NCBI GenBank assembly: GCA_000002445.1 | Contig: CM000207.1 | Span: 384,001 to 448,000, forward strand | Reading direction: 5' to 3' | Source: Trypanosoma brucei | Taxonomy: Eukaryota | DNA length: 64,000 bases | Part shown: in pieces, positions 13,301 through 22,000 of the stretch | Position numbering within the stretch: position 1 is the stretch's first letter | How the letters are laid out: each line of letters begins with the position of its first letter | Program-made: the position numbers and the translations under genes | The notes under the pieces: model-generated | What the model saw: the letters and a program-made list of their open reading frames with translations, nothing else | Told to the model about the DNA's origin: nothing | Database searches by the model: none

Positions 13301-16300
13301 GAGAGTCACGAAGCGCCTAGAATCACTCCACAAACCCAGTTCATCATATGTATCTTTTGCTGACACTTCGACCGAGTATATCGTTGAAAGTTTCAGCGAC
13401 GACAGCGTACATGTTGTTTGCCTAAAATTGACATACTGTGATACCACTTCATTACCTTCCTTGTCCAGTACATGTACCTTGTACCCGCTCACGGCCCTAT
13501 CCACTGCATTCGTCTCACCTTCATTTTCCCAATTCCTATCACCTGCCCAATTTGGTCGAAACCAAGACACTGTGACGTAATCTTCACCGATGGCCGTAAT
13601 GTCCAACTGCAATTTCGGTAGCGTGCGTACGCGGGCCTCCTCGTTCCAAAATCCCCATATACCCTCGTAGCCCTTCGCACACAGCCAGACACAATACTCC
13701 GCAGATGGCTGCAGATCTTTGAGCCGGAAACTGCTGACGTACGGGCTGAGATCGTAGACGTAATGAACCGGATCACCGACTCTCTCCACCCTTAGTCTGA
13801 ATTGCTGCACAACATCCTCAGACTCAAACACCGCTTCGGTGTCACAGCGGTCAAGGCACGTGGGCAGATGGCGACGCCATTCAACAATGGCAAAATGTTC
13901 GCCAACGTTCCCGAATGTCACACGGAGCCTCGGTTTGGTGTGAAACGACCGGGTCGCCCAAATTCCCCAATCCTGCTTATCTGAGCCACGTGACCGCACA
14001 CCGAATTTATACACCGTATCTGGAAGAAGACCACGAAAAAACAGCTTGTTGTCTTGCACCTCCTTCGTGAATTTGAAATATCCGTCGCCAGCGATGCATA
14101 CCTCGTAACCTTTCGCAGTGGCATCGGTGTTGAGAGCAGTGTCAAAACTAACCAAATTGGAGGTGTCAGACATTCGCGACCACGAAACCCACACGGCATC
14201 TTCGGACACGTGGTGGATGGAGATATCCATTCCAGGAATAGTGCGCACCTTTGCTTCTGTGCTCCACACGCCCCACACTGAATTTTCTCCACAAGTTTGC
14301 ACCACGATACCGTATGTGGTCGAGGGTTGCAGTTCATTGATGTGCAGCGCAGTGAGAGAATTGCTTACTTCAATCAACTTCTGAAAACTTCCATCAATTT
14401 CACGGATTTTTACTCGAGAGGCTACAATAGTTCCCTGTTCAAGTTTCACCTCTGACGATCCACTAACGTGTGGCGGGATGTTGTGCTTGTTGCGTTTCCA
14501 TCCTACACTGACAAAATCTTCTCCAATATCAGTGAACTCTACCTCTGTGGGTGGCACCGTGGCGAAGAAAAGCGGGGGCTGCGACCACATACCCCATTCA
14601 CCGTTCGTCAATTTTGACCGGACAGAAACACAGTACACGGTGTTGGCACGAAGACTGGGGATGGTATGTTCTGTGTCTTCCGTTGTGCTACAAAATTCAG
14701 TTTGGTATATCAAACGGTGGTCGGCTGCGTTTACTGGCAAAGACGAATTATGCACACGCGGCTTAAGTTGTCCTGTGGAACTATGAGGCAACAAGTTCTC
14801 TACGGGGGATGTTACGCACAACATAAGGCAAGGACGGCACTGGCCAAATACTACTACTCTATCGTCGCTGCTTCTGTTTCCATCGTCCTCAGGAAGCCGC
14901 TTCTGTTGGTGGGGCCGGTGTACATTGATTTCACAGAACTCCTCGGATATAACTCTCGTCTGGATTTCCAAGCTCTTCATCGTAAGGCACCACAGTGGCG
15001 AGCTCCATGAGCCCCACTCCTCGTCGTTGTAATTTGCCTTTATTTCCACGCAGTAGTATGTATCCGGCTTCAGGTTGGAGATACGGTACGGTGAGTCTCC
15101 ATCGCCAAGAAAAACTTCGAACACAACACCCCCAACGTTGAACACCCGCAAATGATACGATGTTACGACACCCCTCCCGGTTGCGTAATTTTTCTGGTTC
15201 GGCGGACGACGCCGCTCCCAAGCAATTATGGCATAATCGTCTGCTACTTCTACAGCCCGAGTAAGGATGGTATCACGGGTGAGTATTTGCACGGGCGGGG
15301 TCCAAAGCCCCCAATCCCCACTTGGTCCAGCGGCTCGTATTTGAATGTTGTATGCCGTGGCGTGGTGAAGTCCGTAAATCTTAAGCTCCCGCATGTCCGC
15401 TGGTAGTGAATGGTCCTTGGAGTAGGACTGGTCAATACTCTGTATGCGCAGTTCCTGCTTTGTGACGGTCAAGTCTCCAGTGTGGACATCCTTGTTTTTC
15501 AGCGGATTGGCATCTCGGCTCCACACAATGCTTACATAATTCTCTCCGATGATGAGGTTGTTCACCGGAATTCGAAACTGTGCGTTTGAACGGAAGCGCA
15601 ACGGCTGACTCCACAAGCCCCACATCCGCGTGGACGTGCACGCACGCACGACAGCCATATATTCTCGATCAGGAAGCAGGTCTTCCACACGTAACGACGT
15701 GTGCTCACTGGACACAACCTTGTACCGGGCAACTTCAGAGTTCCCACCCATATGATAGCCACTCAGCGAGCTCGCCGACGACCCAGAGAGCTCCCGGCTG
15801 AAAACAAACACAGCATAGCTCGATACGAACATATCAGCAGCTGCCACGGCCACCGTATTGTCCCTGTCATCACCTTTTGTATTAATGCCGTCTCCACCCA
15901 CCAGAACATCGTCAACTAGCTGCCGCTCCCACATGAGCCGCACAAAGTCCTCTCCGATTTCGTCAACATGCATCATCATAGGAGCCAGTGTACGCAGCTT
16001 CACGCGACTCCAAGCACCCCACTGCTCCACCTCGTTGCATGCACGGACTGAGACGATGTAAGTTGTTGCAGGCTGTAGGTTGCTGATCTTGAAACTCGTT
16101 CCCAACATTTCCTCCCTTAGGACTTCGGTTTCCCCAGAATCAACGCAGTCGACGCAAAGCTCATACTTGAGATCGGCCCATAACTCAGAGATCCCCATAT
16201 CAGAAGATCCCATAGGTAGGGGTACGTCAGAGAGTCCACGACGCCACACAACCTGGGCGAAGTCTTCACCAATATCCCATAGTCTCACACCAAGTGGTTG

Positions 16301-17833
16301 CAGCGTTTGTGTGTGTTTGGGGTCAGTGAACTCACCCCATCCCTCATAACCAGTTAGACGATTAAATTGGTATGACCTGCATTTTAAAATATACATGGTG
16401 TTGGGCCTCAGCTTCTCTACAGTAAACATACATGTATCTCCATCTGACACGATTTCCTCATCTTTCACAACATTCAACTCGTCATGGCTCTCAACCTGCA
16501 TAATAACGATGTTGAATCGAGATGCAAAGCGGCCGTTGCACTCTCCCTCGAGTTTCATAGTTATGAAGTCCTCACCGCGCTCCAAAAAAGTTAATGAAGC
16601 CCTTGCCTCCGTGCGAAATTTCTTGGGTTCTGTCCACATACCCCACTCATTGTTCAAGAACGTCCGTATTGATACATTATACTCCGTCCCGGATGTGAGA
16701 CCCTCAATGTGTATGACTTTATCATCTGCCAACGGTCCAACATCAAGCCTTTCCTCCTGCTTGTACACAGAGTTAAGACTACTGAGACGGTACTCTACCT
16801 GAGTCTCCGTCTCTGCGTCGATCATTCTGGCCCAGGTAAAAGAAAGGAATGACTCCCCTGAGGCAACTACAGATAGCTCCGGACGACTAGCAGTTCGCAC
16901 GCAAAGCGGTTCAGAGCACCTCCCCCAATAGCCCTGCACGCTCAGGCTACGGACAGTGAAAATATAAGAACCCCCTGGTGTTAACTTATCTAGGCGGTAC
17001 GTCCGCTCTTGTTGAGGGAACTCAACAGAGCGAAAAGTCTGACAATCCGATTGAACCAGGACCTCATAGCGGTGCACGTCGTTATCTGGCACAACGTAAC
17101 CGATGGTATCGTCTGAAGTACTGGCTAGAGCCCAACTGACGGTAACAACATCCTCACCGCAGCTCAGGAGTGACATGACATTCGTCTGCCTAGTGAGGAA
17201 GCGACCAACCTCCACCCATTTCTTCATGGTGTTGATGAGCGTCTTGTACCGAATCATAACAATATAAGCCGTACCTGGCCGCAGACCTCGAACTATGTGT
17301 GTTCGCACACCTGTTTCGAAGCGGTCACAAAATTCCTGCCTCATATCAGATTCCCTGAGTACCCGTAACTCAAAGTCGTCAATATCGGCAATGGAACGGG
17401 TGGCATCAGCATCGATTTCCGCAGCGATGCCCGTTGGGGCCCTTGCAGGTCTGTCCCACAGCACACGCACGTAGTCCTCACCAACATCATTGATTTGGCC
17501 CGTAACCGCCGCCAAAGTGGCCGTCCGTGTCACCTCCGACCACACGCTCCACGACATCGTTTTCTCCGAATACACACGAACACGGGCCCTATAAAAACTT
17601 GAAGCCCGAAGCTTCACCACTTTGTGACGCTGTTTGATAGGCAAGACTATATCGTAGAGAGTTTCAACAGTGTCTTCCCCTGCTGTTTCCTCATCCACCT
17701 GAAGCTGCCACTTCGTCACGTCGGTAACGTCATTCCAGCTATGCTTAGAATCAAACTGGAACCCAAACTCCCCAAACATCTCGCCCATACGGTTCACAAC
17801 GGCATTGCACAGAATATCTGTATTAGCTTCCAT
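4394..17833 (-). CDS. giant (~4480 aa) protein built from at least 30 tandem fibronectin-type-III-like beta-sandwich repeats; no signal peptide evident
   Basis: 13.4-kb uninterrupted minus-strand ORF. A W-G-x-W-[ST]-x-P/E motif recurs about every 100-130 aa (EWGMWTEP, QWGAWSRV, MWGLWSQP, DWGLWTPP, EWGSWSSP, VWGVWSTE, DWGIWATR, TWGHWSKP, YWGPWSEV, GWGPWTPP, AWGLWCAP, EWGFWSEE, VWGRWSRI, RWGLWSKE, SWGAWVEV and others), with conserved Y/L/V positions typical of FN3 and cytokine-receptor-type modules. A central Gly/Ser/Lys/Arg-rich linker is present. The track start at 17854 is TTG, and the first ATG is at 17831-17833 (MEANTDIL...). Confidence 0.8.
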   Translation of the reverse strand: MEANTDILCNAVVNRMGEMFGEFGFQFDSKHSWNDVTDVTKWQLQVDEETAGEDTVETLYDIVLPIKQRHKVVKLRASSFYRARVRVYSEKTMSWSVWSEVTRTATLAAVTGQINDVGEDYVRVLWDRPARAPTGIAAEIDADATRSIADIDDFELRVLRESDMRQEFCDRFETGVRTHIVRGLRPGTAYIVMIRYKTLINTMKKWVEVGRFLTRQTNVMSLLSCGEDVVTVSWALASTSDDTIGYVVPDNDVHRYEVLVQSDCQTFRSVEFPQQERTYRLDKLTPGGSYIFTVRSLSVQGYWGRCSEPLCVRTASRPELSVVASGESFLSFTWARMIDAETETQVEYRLSSLNSVYKQEERLDVGPLADDKVIHIEGLTSGTEYNVSIRTFLNNEWGMWTEPKKFRTEARASLTFLERGEDFITMKLEGECNGRFASRFNIVIMQVESHDELNVVKDEEIVSDGDTCMFTVEKLRPNTMYILKCRSYQFNRLTGYEGWGEFTDPKHTQTLQPLGVRLWDIGEDFAQVVWRRGLSDVPLPMGSSDMGISELWADLKYELCVDCVDSGETEVLREEMLGTSFKISNLQPATTYIVSVRACNEVEQWGAWSRVKLRTLAPMMMHVDEIGEDFVRLMWERQLVDDVLVGGDGINTKGDDRDNTVAVAAADMFVSSYAVFVFSRELSGSSASSLSGYHMGGNSEVARYKVVSSEHTSLRVEDLLPDREYMAVVRACTSTRMWGLWSQPLRFRSNAQFRIPVNNLIIGENYVSIVWSRDANPLKNKDVHTGDLTVTKQELRIQSIDQSYSKDHSLPADMRELKIYGLHHATAYNIQIRAAGPSGDWGLWTPPVQILTRDTILTRAVEVADDYAIIAWERRRPPNQKNYATGRGVVTSYHLRVFNVGGVVFEVFLGDGDSPYRISNLKPDTYYCVEIKANYNDEEWGSWSSPLWCLTMKSLEIQTRVISEEFCEINVHRPHQQKRLPEDDGNRSSDDRVVVFGQCRPCLMLCVTSPVENLLPHSSTGQLKPRVHNSSLPVNAADHRLIYQTEFCSTTEDTEHTIPSLRANTVYCVSVRSKLTNGEWGMWSQPPLFFATVPPTEVEFTDIGEDFVSVGWKRNKHNIPPHVSGSSEVKLEQGTIVASRVKIREIDGSFQKLIEVSNSLTALHINELQPSTTYGIVVQTCGENSVWGVWSTEAKVRTIPGMDISIHHVSEDAVWVSWSRMSDTSNLVSFDTALNTDATAKGYEVCIAGDGYFKFTKEVQDNKLFFRGLLPDTVYKFGVRSRGSDKQDWGIWATRSFHTKPRLRVTFGNVGEHFAIVEWRRHLPTCLDRCDTEAVFESEDVVQQFRLRVERVGDPVHYVYDLSPYVSSFRLKDLQPSAEYCVWLCAKGYEGIWGFWNEEARVRTLPKLQLDITAIGEDYVTVSWFRPNWAGDRNWENEGETNAVDRAVSGYKVHVLDKEGNEVVSQYVNFRQTTCTLSSLKLSTIYSVEVSAKDTYDELGLWSDSRRFVTLESVEANVLLVGETFCQLEWGRRSDLAERRSDLVDRRSGRRTSGFTDGEGSSDTGSYSAASEAALAAEGDVGGSDVEQIKRRASSCVSIISRGARHVYGCTASSELASGEGGDGDDDYIFDETVMRGCPDILQWHVQMECRRLSGGLPGADDIVEFYAPAAEMGRLVTNLQADAEYTLTVRAQDKNNTWGHWSKPRILVTCPLLKLSTDSITETFINVSWTRPPMTRAVSHCFCCYPEEADIHNYQVHIEPLAAEEPFDERDEPLVNGARLYETSQRSLRLCNLTPGAHYRVVVCEQRIDFRGKFVPDSWGTFSQTAVVEMVHPMGVVPIEIGEDYCLVGWRRVPRKLDTTPETGIIRGVVKVTAYELRATRLDAKAKKKYEGPLSLDTVLSLEPTATSYHLGNLVSNTIYAVSMRAKAEGYWGPWSEVTKFVSQGRLKVKVHSVYEDVILVSWSRPLPDWACARPDLNKPDDLGDLPQLCGMFTETDILSGLDAGSDAEPEPASVLPSDNGVEGKLQVEDGEDDGNDWDAVQIGDYSIERYELYLEGITCDVQQCLTLSKYQMSVRITGLQPDQIYSVCVRSLSEKRHWSMLSHRESVLTLTSMVTEVSHHTETMAIIRWFRIPQDVRKYEAFLEERRTAEERRCDERERHELFDMKRRLQELEESEERNNLKDHLELRHEHNAAVRNDAIHHLRVENIVLGDPEVTGYHLRFYGEGVMPTIQGVHHLLLHSPSQKMVGRKRRAESMRLLTKMKRQQRKLMSGATSACHMECAHVDMSAPGGAQLATSSDGGEPSTPAVANMDLGLPREDSVLFDVQLRPEVLSITVKGLTPDSPFEMEVRTRNAVGDWCPWSERNRFVTLRPIELLHERFGEHFISLYWHRLPPAVSAKIEADERQLFELNKEFSSMCPKDIKAKEQELSSEEQQELYTRIATFRDLKESVKAKRNWLASGRGEVVVHEHTPIRGYQLRIIHQNGTFEDHYIQGKSNGDTNEPIICAFTVKQLVWNTMYTALLCCDYGVGWGPWTPPLKFMTQSLIQLSITCISETFVDIEWHRAPNKRLPPIDEANTLRSDASSHEGCVCQLRITWESENEDDEGKICEEYRTMRSCCVFRVDKLQVDTKYTFEVREWGAEEAWGLWCAPKTCVTMPGMSATVEKLGEDWAQITWRRRDRRVDYDNDMNVLQHGVDNEMFYVRVLELQDNGVDGESCEEPAVSEEELAPKTLADEIVGVLTTTQQTQGPLPPQEHPVEYESDGSGRLHLTRRFNKDTFSFRVENLKQDRFYSVQVMSVTTGGQLGAWSAEQHFLTMSKIRVNVKHIDEQYAEIEWKRVPPRQHPRMDMAEVFTGSYVASAYMIDVLGRDGLQLNVVLTGATNTYYRLKSLNLDTVYTVRVLSIDECEASSMWSEPLRFVTLKRLEVYPTQITEHSVMLEWGREEQQPKGDEGTEYEGRFDPTICVGCRDCSGYLLRIYRCDEASRKLLCEKRFAGDLQEYRLDSLTPNRPYTFKICASNNLGEWGFWSEERCVYTMKLISAEVLAIGEDYVRLHWRRKEPDELQVMVRTSTDTNGTLSDEGEETSNGGSSGRDSDDNTPITVGESSRSVGGQTGDFSESSGFAAESQTTLEREDGRRSSFRAMSPDKLKPGLCQKRYPLLDQPEVRSAMYNSAKTRVAYYAITFVQEGEDEGVTFNVPGEKTTFTVSSLKPDKRYSLAVRACYGSGEFGLSSTHVTCGTLNLLSVELIGLGEDYLTASWQRLPNSFATSDLQPSDVEELICYELAVHDFTDVSYGEEDAEELPPRLRRTMIIPSNVRNSTVKELLSHHRYRVSVRRWYKPHEEFVVDTIHPELPQAEDEGIVEALNQSRAEPGAWSDGLYDVTLRDMVCFMDDGAEDFFAVHWERDPRAQPLPVRNPFPPKPVDSYQLRVYEVGPNAAANEGSLLIDKPLSGSETTYVARNLRHDSLYRIHVRCCVDNVWGRWSRIVHVMTLPKFAVEMSSIGENYAEFSWQRPRRSLLLPDGSEALCGNDDFLSTFQVDVIGLEHSYHISKQFKGARNSYRAKLLEAATVYSVSVRSLDSRRESWSPWSDRTFFATLKPMQLIVSSPGEQFATVEWFRDEQTVQEYADIVGCCGETPASADEPESLPSTTNNAVAAVPVVLGTPEVIAYHLCVFASQHSPALAIVDKQFPKDVNRYRICSLEADAAYVVVVRSCNTDSRWGLWSKEGLFRTQRVLRLDVVNVGEIYVRMKWDRGEGDRSEEKCNSQPRLDPCEYQLVLKGGNETVEHVINPSDCGVTDDEFLLPTYLLEGLSPGLDYLMALQPRYDELSWGQWTPTVGFKTLCPICVALNGVTCDSAEFTLNRMEPPPPPEASPDATGSAAGRTSTGKGRTGSRGRKGTRSPKGSKGSGGSKRGKSGKGAAAKQSPSPVSERSLLPRLVSPPDAQSSGSPTGIASPPAHGDPLLGGARIVDGEVGEEGSMERKAVVQIVKKYQVEVRKTDEIPSKDKDDDGDEVNATAVNNDAAATVYTVSAGEAAEALPRAAAPLEVEPADTQLPAASGAAAAVEGEVDGANAVDVGAACTVGAGPTEEGGDDFLPDWRRIVLCASQAKPYFRQLEFDVEGEEGPMKNITIDGLTGCTSYTVKVRAMDEHNSWGAWVEVNLTTAPFPPQSVTLRRQNAQTGLLQWEAPDCYHAYRYVVEQSHSPTDSRGKPKGSVEWRVIDIVEETNCRVRFTGPAAKVRCRVKCSLVDEGSPFSEYCEPVGVTSGTAPEPVTDLTVVGTTDNSVTLMWTPSRSETSSNRSGNRVINYRVYIGVRNCTPILASTVSDSTFTLEGLEPSTSYTIQVVTECKDGISYNNPIVNATTRSEKDVAITLPQIVDPSQEFAAGEHSPTAKVITLPEISSAHHVMIPQPPSKGKRGKGDMRDAMRHAASSSGSSPAPGGVKVPSLPINAPLSGRAAAGRAQKTARVGLSRR

Positions 17834-19011
17834 CTTACTTTTGTAATATACCAACCTGATCTTCCCTCACCTTCCCCCTTTCCTCTTCCTTATTTACAAA
17901 TAGTGATCCGTACTGTTTCCCTTCCTCTCTCCCTGATTAGTCACTATTCCTCCCCCTCAATTCCTTCCGTTCTTGAGCGGATGTCCCTTTTTCTCTAGAT
18001 GAATGTGCCGGAACAAACTTTTTGCCGGGCAGTCTCTTGTCGTGTTGCGTGCCCCCTTTCAGTTACCATGCAACGTAAGACAACAGTAGCAGGTGGGAAG
18101 TACAAATGGACAACAGAAACGAGACGGGACAACAACGAATATCCCCTCTCTACGACTCCGTCGTACACTCCGTCTTCCTTTTTTGGTTTGTTTCTCACCC
18201 TGCTGCAATAACGGAAGTAGCCACCAAAAAAAAATCGGAGCCCAAGAAATTAAAGAAAGGCAAAGATGCAAATGTGACGAAAGCGGTAGGAAATCGAAAC
18301 AGCAACTTGGGTTAGGATGAACAGAGCGAAAAGGAAAGGTGGCACATAGGTATTCACAGCCGTGGGCCTCAATTTATGAGAAGGAGGTGAAAGAACATGT
18401 TAAACAGAAAAAAGTGTAAGCACTTCAGCACGAAAAAGTGGAAACCTAAGGTGTGGTAGACAACAAAAAAACGCTAAAACAAAAAAGAATTAGGTCCACG
18501 CACACTTGCGCTTGTGTAAAACAGTCTCCGAGATAACAACTCCTAAAAAGGAACAAAAGAACGGGGCATGGAAAACAAAAAACAAGTGAAAACGGTCCTC
18601 AGTATACGTAACGGTGAGGAAGGACGTGATGTACCCGCTCCGACGGCCACGCATCCCGCACTGACAGGAGAGAGGTGGGAGTGGGGAAGAGTGCGAATCA
18701 ATCGTGACACACATCACGGAAGGGGCACCACATATGCCACAGCAACAGAAAACATATTTTGCGCCCTGAGAGACACATATCGCCTTGCGGTGGGCCCCCA
18801 GGCACCCTCAGGTGTAGACACACACGACGGAGTTTGTGAGTTTACTATAAACAAAGAAAATAAAAAAGAGAATCGGCAACCAACATTTCGCTTCCTTCCT
18901 CCGATCTAGGGTCCCCGTCAAAACCTCTAGTGGGAAAAGAAAAGTGAGGCAACGATCACGACAATGCTACAGAAGAAAGACATAAAATGGAAATGAGGCG
19001 GCGTCCCAGTC

Positions 19012-22000
19012 CTAAACGAACCCAAACTCATACATATGGTGGAGTGACACCTCCAACTTCTCCCGCATAGTGGCCGCGGAACTGTATGGCTGCAACAGCA
19101 GCGAGATGGGTGAACACGTGTGGGCCGTTGGAACGGCAGCGGGGTCATCCCCACACGATACCTGCACTTTTTCAGGCAATGGAACACGGCGCTGCCCACT
19201 GCAGAACAGCAAAAACATTGCACGCTGCCTGTTGCTCATGCCACGCACCACTTCAACGAGCATATCACAAACAGCTTTAGTTAACAAAGAAACATCTAGC
19301 GACGACATCACATCCTCGGCTGTTGCGCATGGTGAACCACAGACCCGCTGCTGCAGGTCGTCCCAGCGAATTAGTTGGAGAGAGTGAGAAGGAACAACAG
19401 AGGTAACACCCAGTCGCATGGCAGATAACAACTCGTCGTACTGGTGGACCAACGCTCGCCCTACCTCCGTGCGGCGCCTTTCAACTTCGATGCTCTTGCA
19501 CAAACCCTGCGAAGTAACAACGGCACCTTCCGAGAAACACCCTTTCGGGAATGCAGGTGCTAAAGATCGTTTGGAGCGCAGCGCCCCCACAGTATCAGAG
19601 GCAGCACAAACCAGCCCCCATTCAATCACAGGTATAGAATAATAAAACTCGTCATTGAGAAGAAAATCATCGTCTTCAAGAGCTCCGCGCACGCTGTCAT
19701 CAATGTCGGCGTAGTAGTCTTTTACAGTAACCTCGTCAAAGGTAAGGAACATCCACACGAGACGCGGCAGCGTTATTGAAAGCATCACGTAGCCACTCAA
19801 TGTGATGTTTCCAATTAGCTTCCCAAACCATGTAAAAAATTGCAGGAACAGCTGTCGGTGGTTGGGATTACTCCTGTAGAAATCGATGTTTGGCACCAGA
19901 GTCACCATAGTGCTGTGGCTTGATAGTTTGAAGAATGGAAGCAGTGGTTCCATACGACGCCCACCTTCGTCCTCACGGTACTGCAATTCATCGCACATCA
20001 TCGAAACTACAGAACGCGTTACACCACCCGCATCGTCCGCCACCTCGCCAGAAAGGCGGGTAGTAAACATGACAGCGTCACGGTAAATATCGGCATCATG
20101 CGTCTGATGAAATAATTGGCCGGTGACGCTCTTATCGAACAGAGTAATGAAGTCAAGAGTCTCACCATGCTCTAGCACGCCTTTAGCCTCCTTAAGATCA
20201 ATCAAAACATGCCGATGCCGCTTGACGTTGTTGCGGAGCAACCGACGGTCGATCTGTCGCTCTACGATAGCCCACCGCGCAGCAAAAAATAGGAGGCGAC
20301 GTACTTTTTCATAGTTTCTCATTAGAAACTGTGAGTTACGAAATATGTTGTGACTTTTCGCCACACTTACAGCTAGTGAGTTGATGGAACGTAGGTGTTG
20401 CAAGTAAGGCTTCAACTTGTACAGTGACCCGCCGCCAACTTCGGAAGACAAAAGAGGATAATTACGTAGCGCCTCACGCCCACCCTCCATCCATGTGTCG
20501 GTCTCTGCCAAAGAATCCACCGTAAACCCACAGTTCACAACATCGTTCACCAAATCACAGAGCTGCACGTAAAAGTCAAAGCATTGAGGTTTTACGGAAC
20601 TTTCTAGCCTTCCTCCCTCTTCGCCACATCCTGGGCTGAAGTCTTTGTAGCCTTCTGGCTTAAACTGCGTGTAGCTGAGTCGCACCAAAACACCGTGTGG
20701 ATCCATGGCTGCACTGACATAGGGGTAAATGGCCTCTCCTTTCCCTTGAGTCGACACAGCGATCCATGTGAGTTCTTCCCCGTTGACACTCCAGCACATC
20801 ATCATAGTATCAAGATCCAAAAGTGTACCAATAATATCACCGCCAACAATTGGTCGTGGTGTTACTAAAGCCTGTTCACCAGTCATTATGCGCAGCCGGT
20901 CTTGGCAATTAAACCCCCACGAATGGATGTCGCTTCCAACATGCTGTCCACTGCTGACCACTTCATGTTGTATTGTACCCCACCCCATAACGATTGTTTT
21001 GCCGCGCTCGTCAAAGTTTGGTGGTAGTACCACTTCATAATAGTAACGCCCACCCTTGTTACCAAGCACCCCCACACTTCCTCGTACTTGTCCTACTATT
21101 AGCTCGCCACCACTCCCCATCCTCGTGTCAGGAAGCTCCACAACGTACGGGAATGTGTCAGGTGACGGCTCATCGAATAGAGCAGGAAGACGTTGACTCC
21201 TTTCCATCCGCTCTCCGACCTCGATTAGCCAACTTGTAAGTGTTACATCTGCACTAATGGATGCGTTAACGCCTCGTAAGGAGGCGTGCACCATAAGCTG
21301 CTGTTGATTGGCAACCACAGGAACCATGGTGATTACCTCCCGCAGGCACTGCACATTAAGTTTCTGCCCAGATGCCTCCTCTAACAACAGGTTAAGGGCG
21401 GCGTAGCATACTTCACGGAACGTACGGTCACCACCCCCTCGAACGGCGTTGAGCGACAAGGCATACAACAGGTAGTGGCGTTGCTTCTGGAATGGTGTGT
21501 TGCAATTCATCAGCACGCGGGCTATGGAGGACAGCGACCACACCATCTGCTCACTCCTTTTGCCGGAAAGCAGAATTTGCAAACAGGAAGTAAATATACT
21601 TTGAGCGGCATCGGTGGTAACTTTTCTCAGCTGTGTAAGCCAGGTATCCTCAATCACGCGGAGGCGGCACAGAACACTAAACTTCGCCAACCCCTTTGGT
21701 GCAAGATTCGGTCCCCAACTGCAGACGATACGACTGCAGAAGTAAATAATCGCGGGAATGACTGCACGATAACCCCGCCCATCCTGTTTTTGCTCTTGTA
21801 TTGGGTTTACCTTCAACGACAGGCAACCGCTTTCAAATTGACCGTCGTCGTCAGAGGAGTGCATGAGGGGGGGGACGTAGCGGGTAAGATCACCGGCCTG
21901 CGGTGACACGGCCAACACAGCATCCAGCATCTTACGAAATGAGTACGCAGTGCTCTTCATGTCGGTGTACGACTGTTTTTCACTTCCAAAAGAAACAAAC

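Noticed and set aside
17834-17854. Track ORF start for the giant gene at 17854. Likewise 3027-3047, 27946-28026, 31811-31825, 43060-43128, 44437-44547, 39098-39361 and 63961 for other genes.
   Set aside because: Checked in the DNA: these first codons are TTG or GTG (for example 17852-17854 reads caa, meaning TTG on the minus strand, and 28024-28026 reads cac, meaning GTG). The ORF track evidently uses a bacterial start set. For a nuclear eukaryotic gene the CDS was trimmed to the first in-frame ATG instead.
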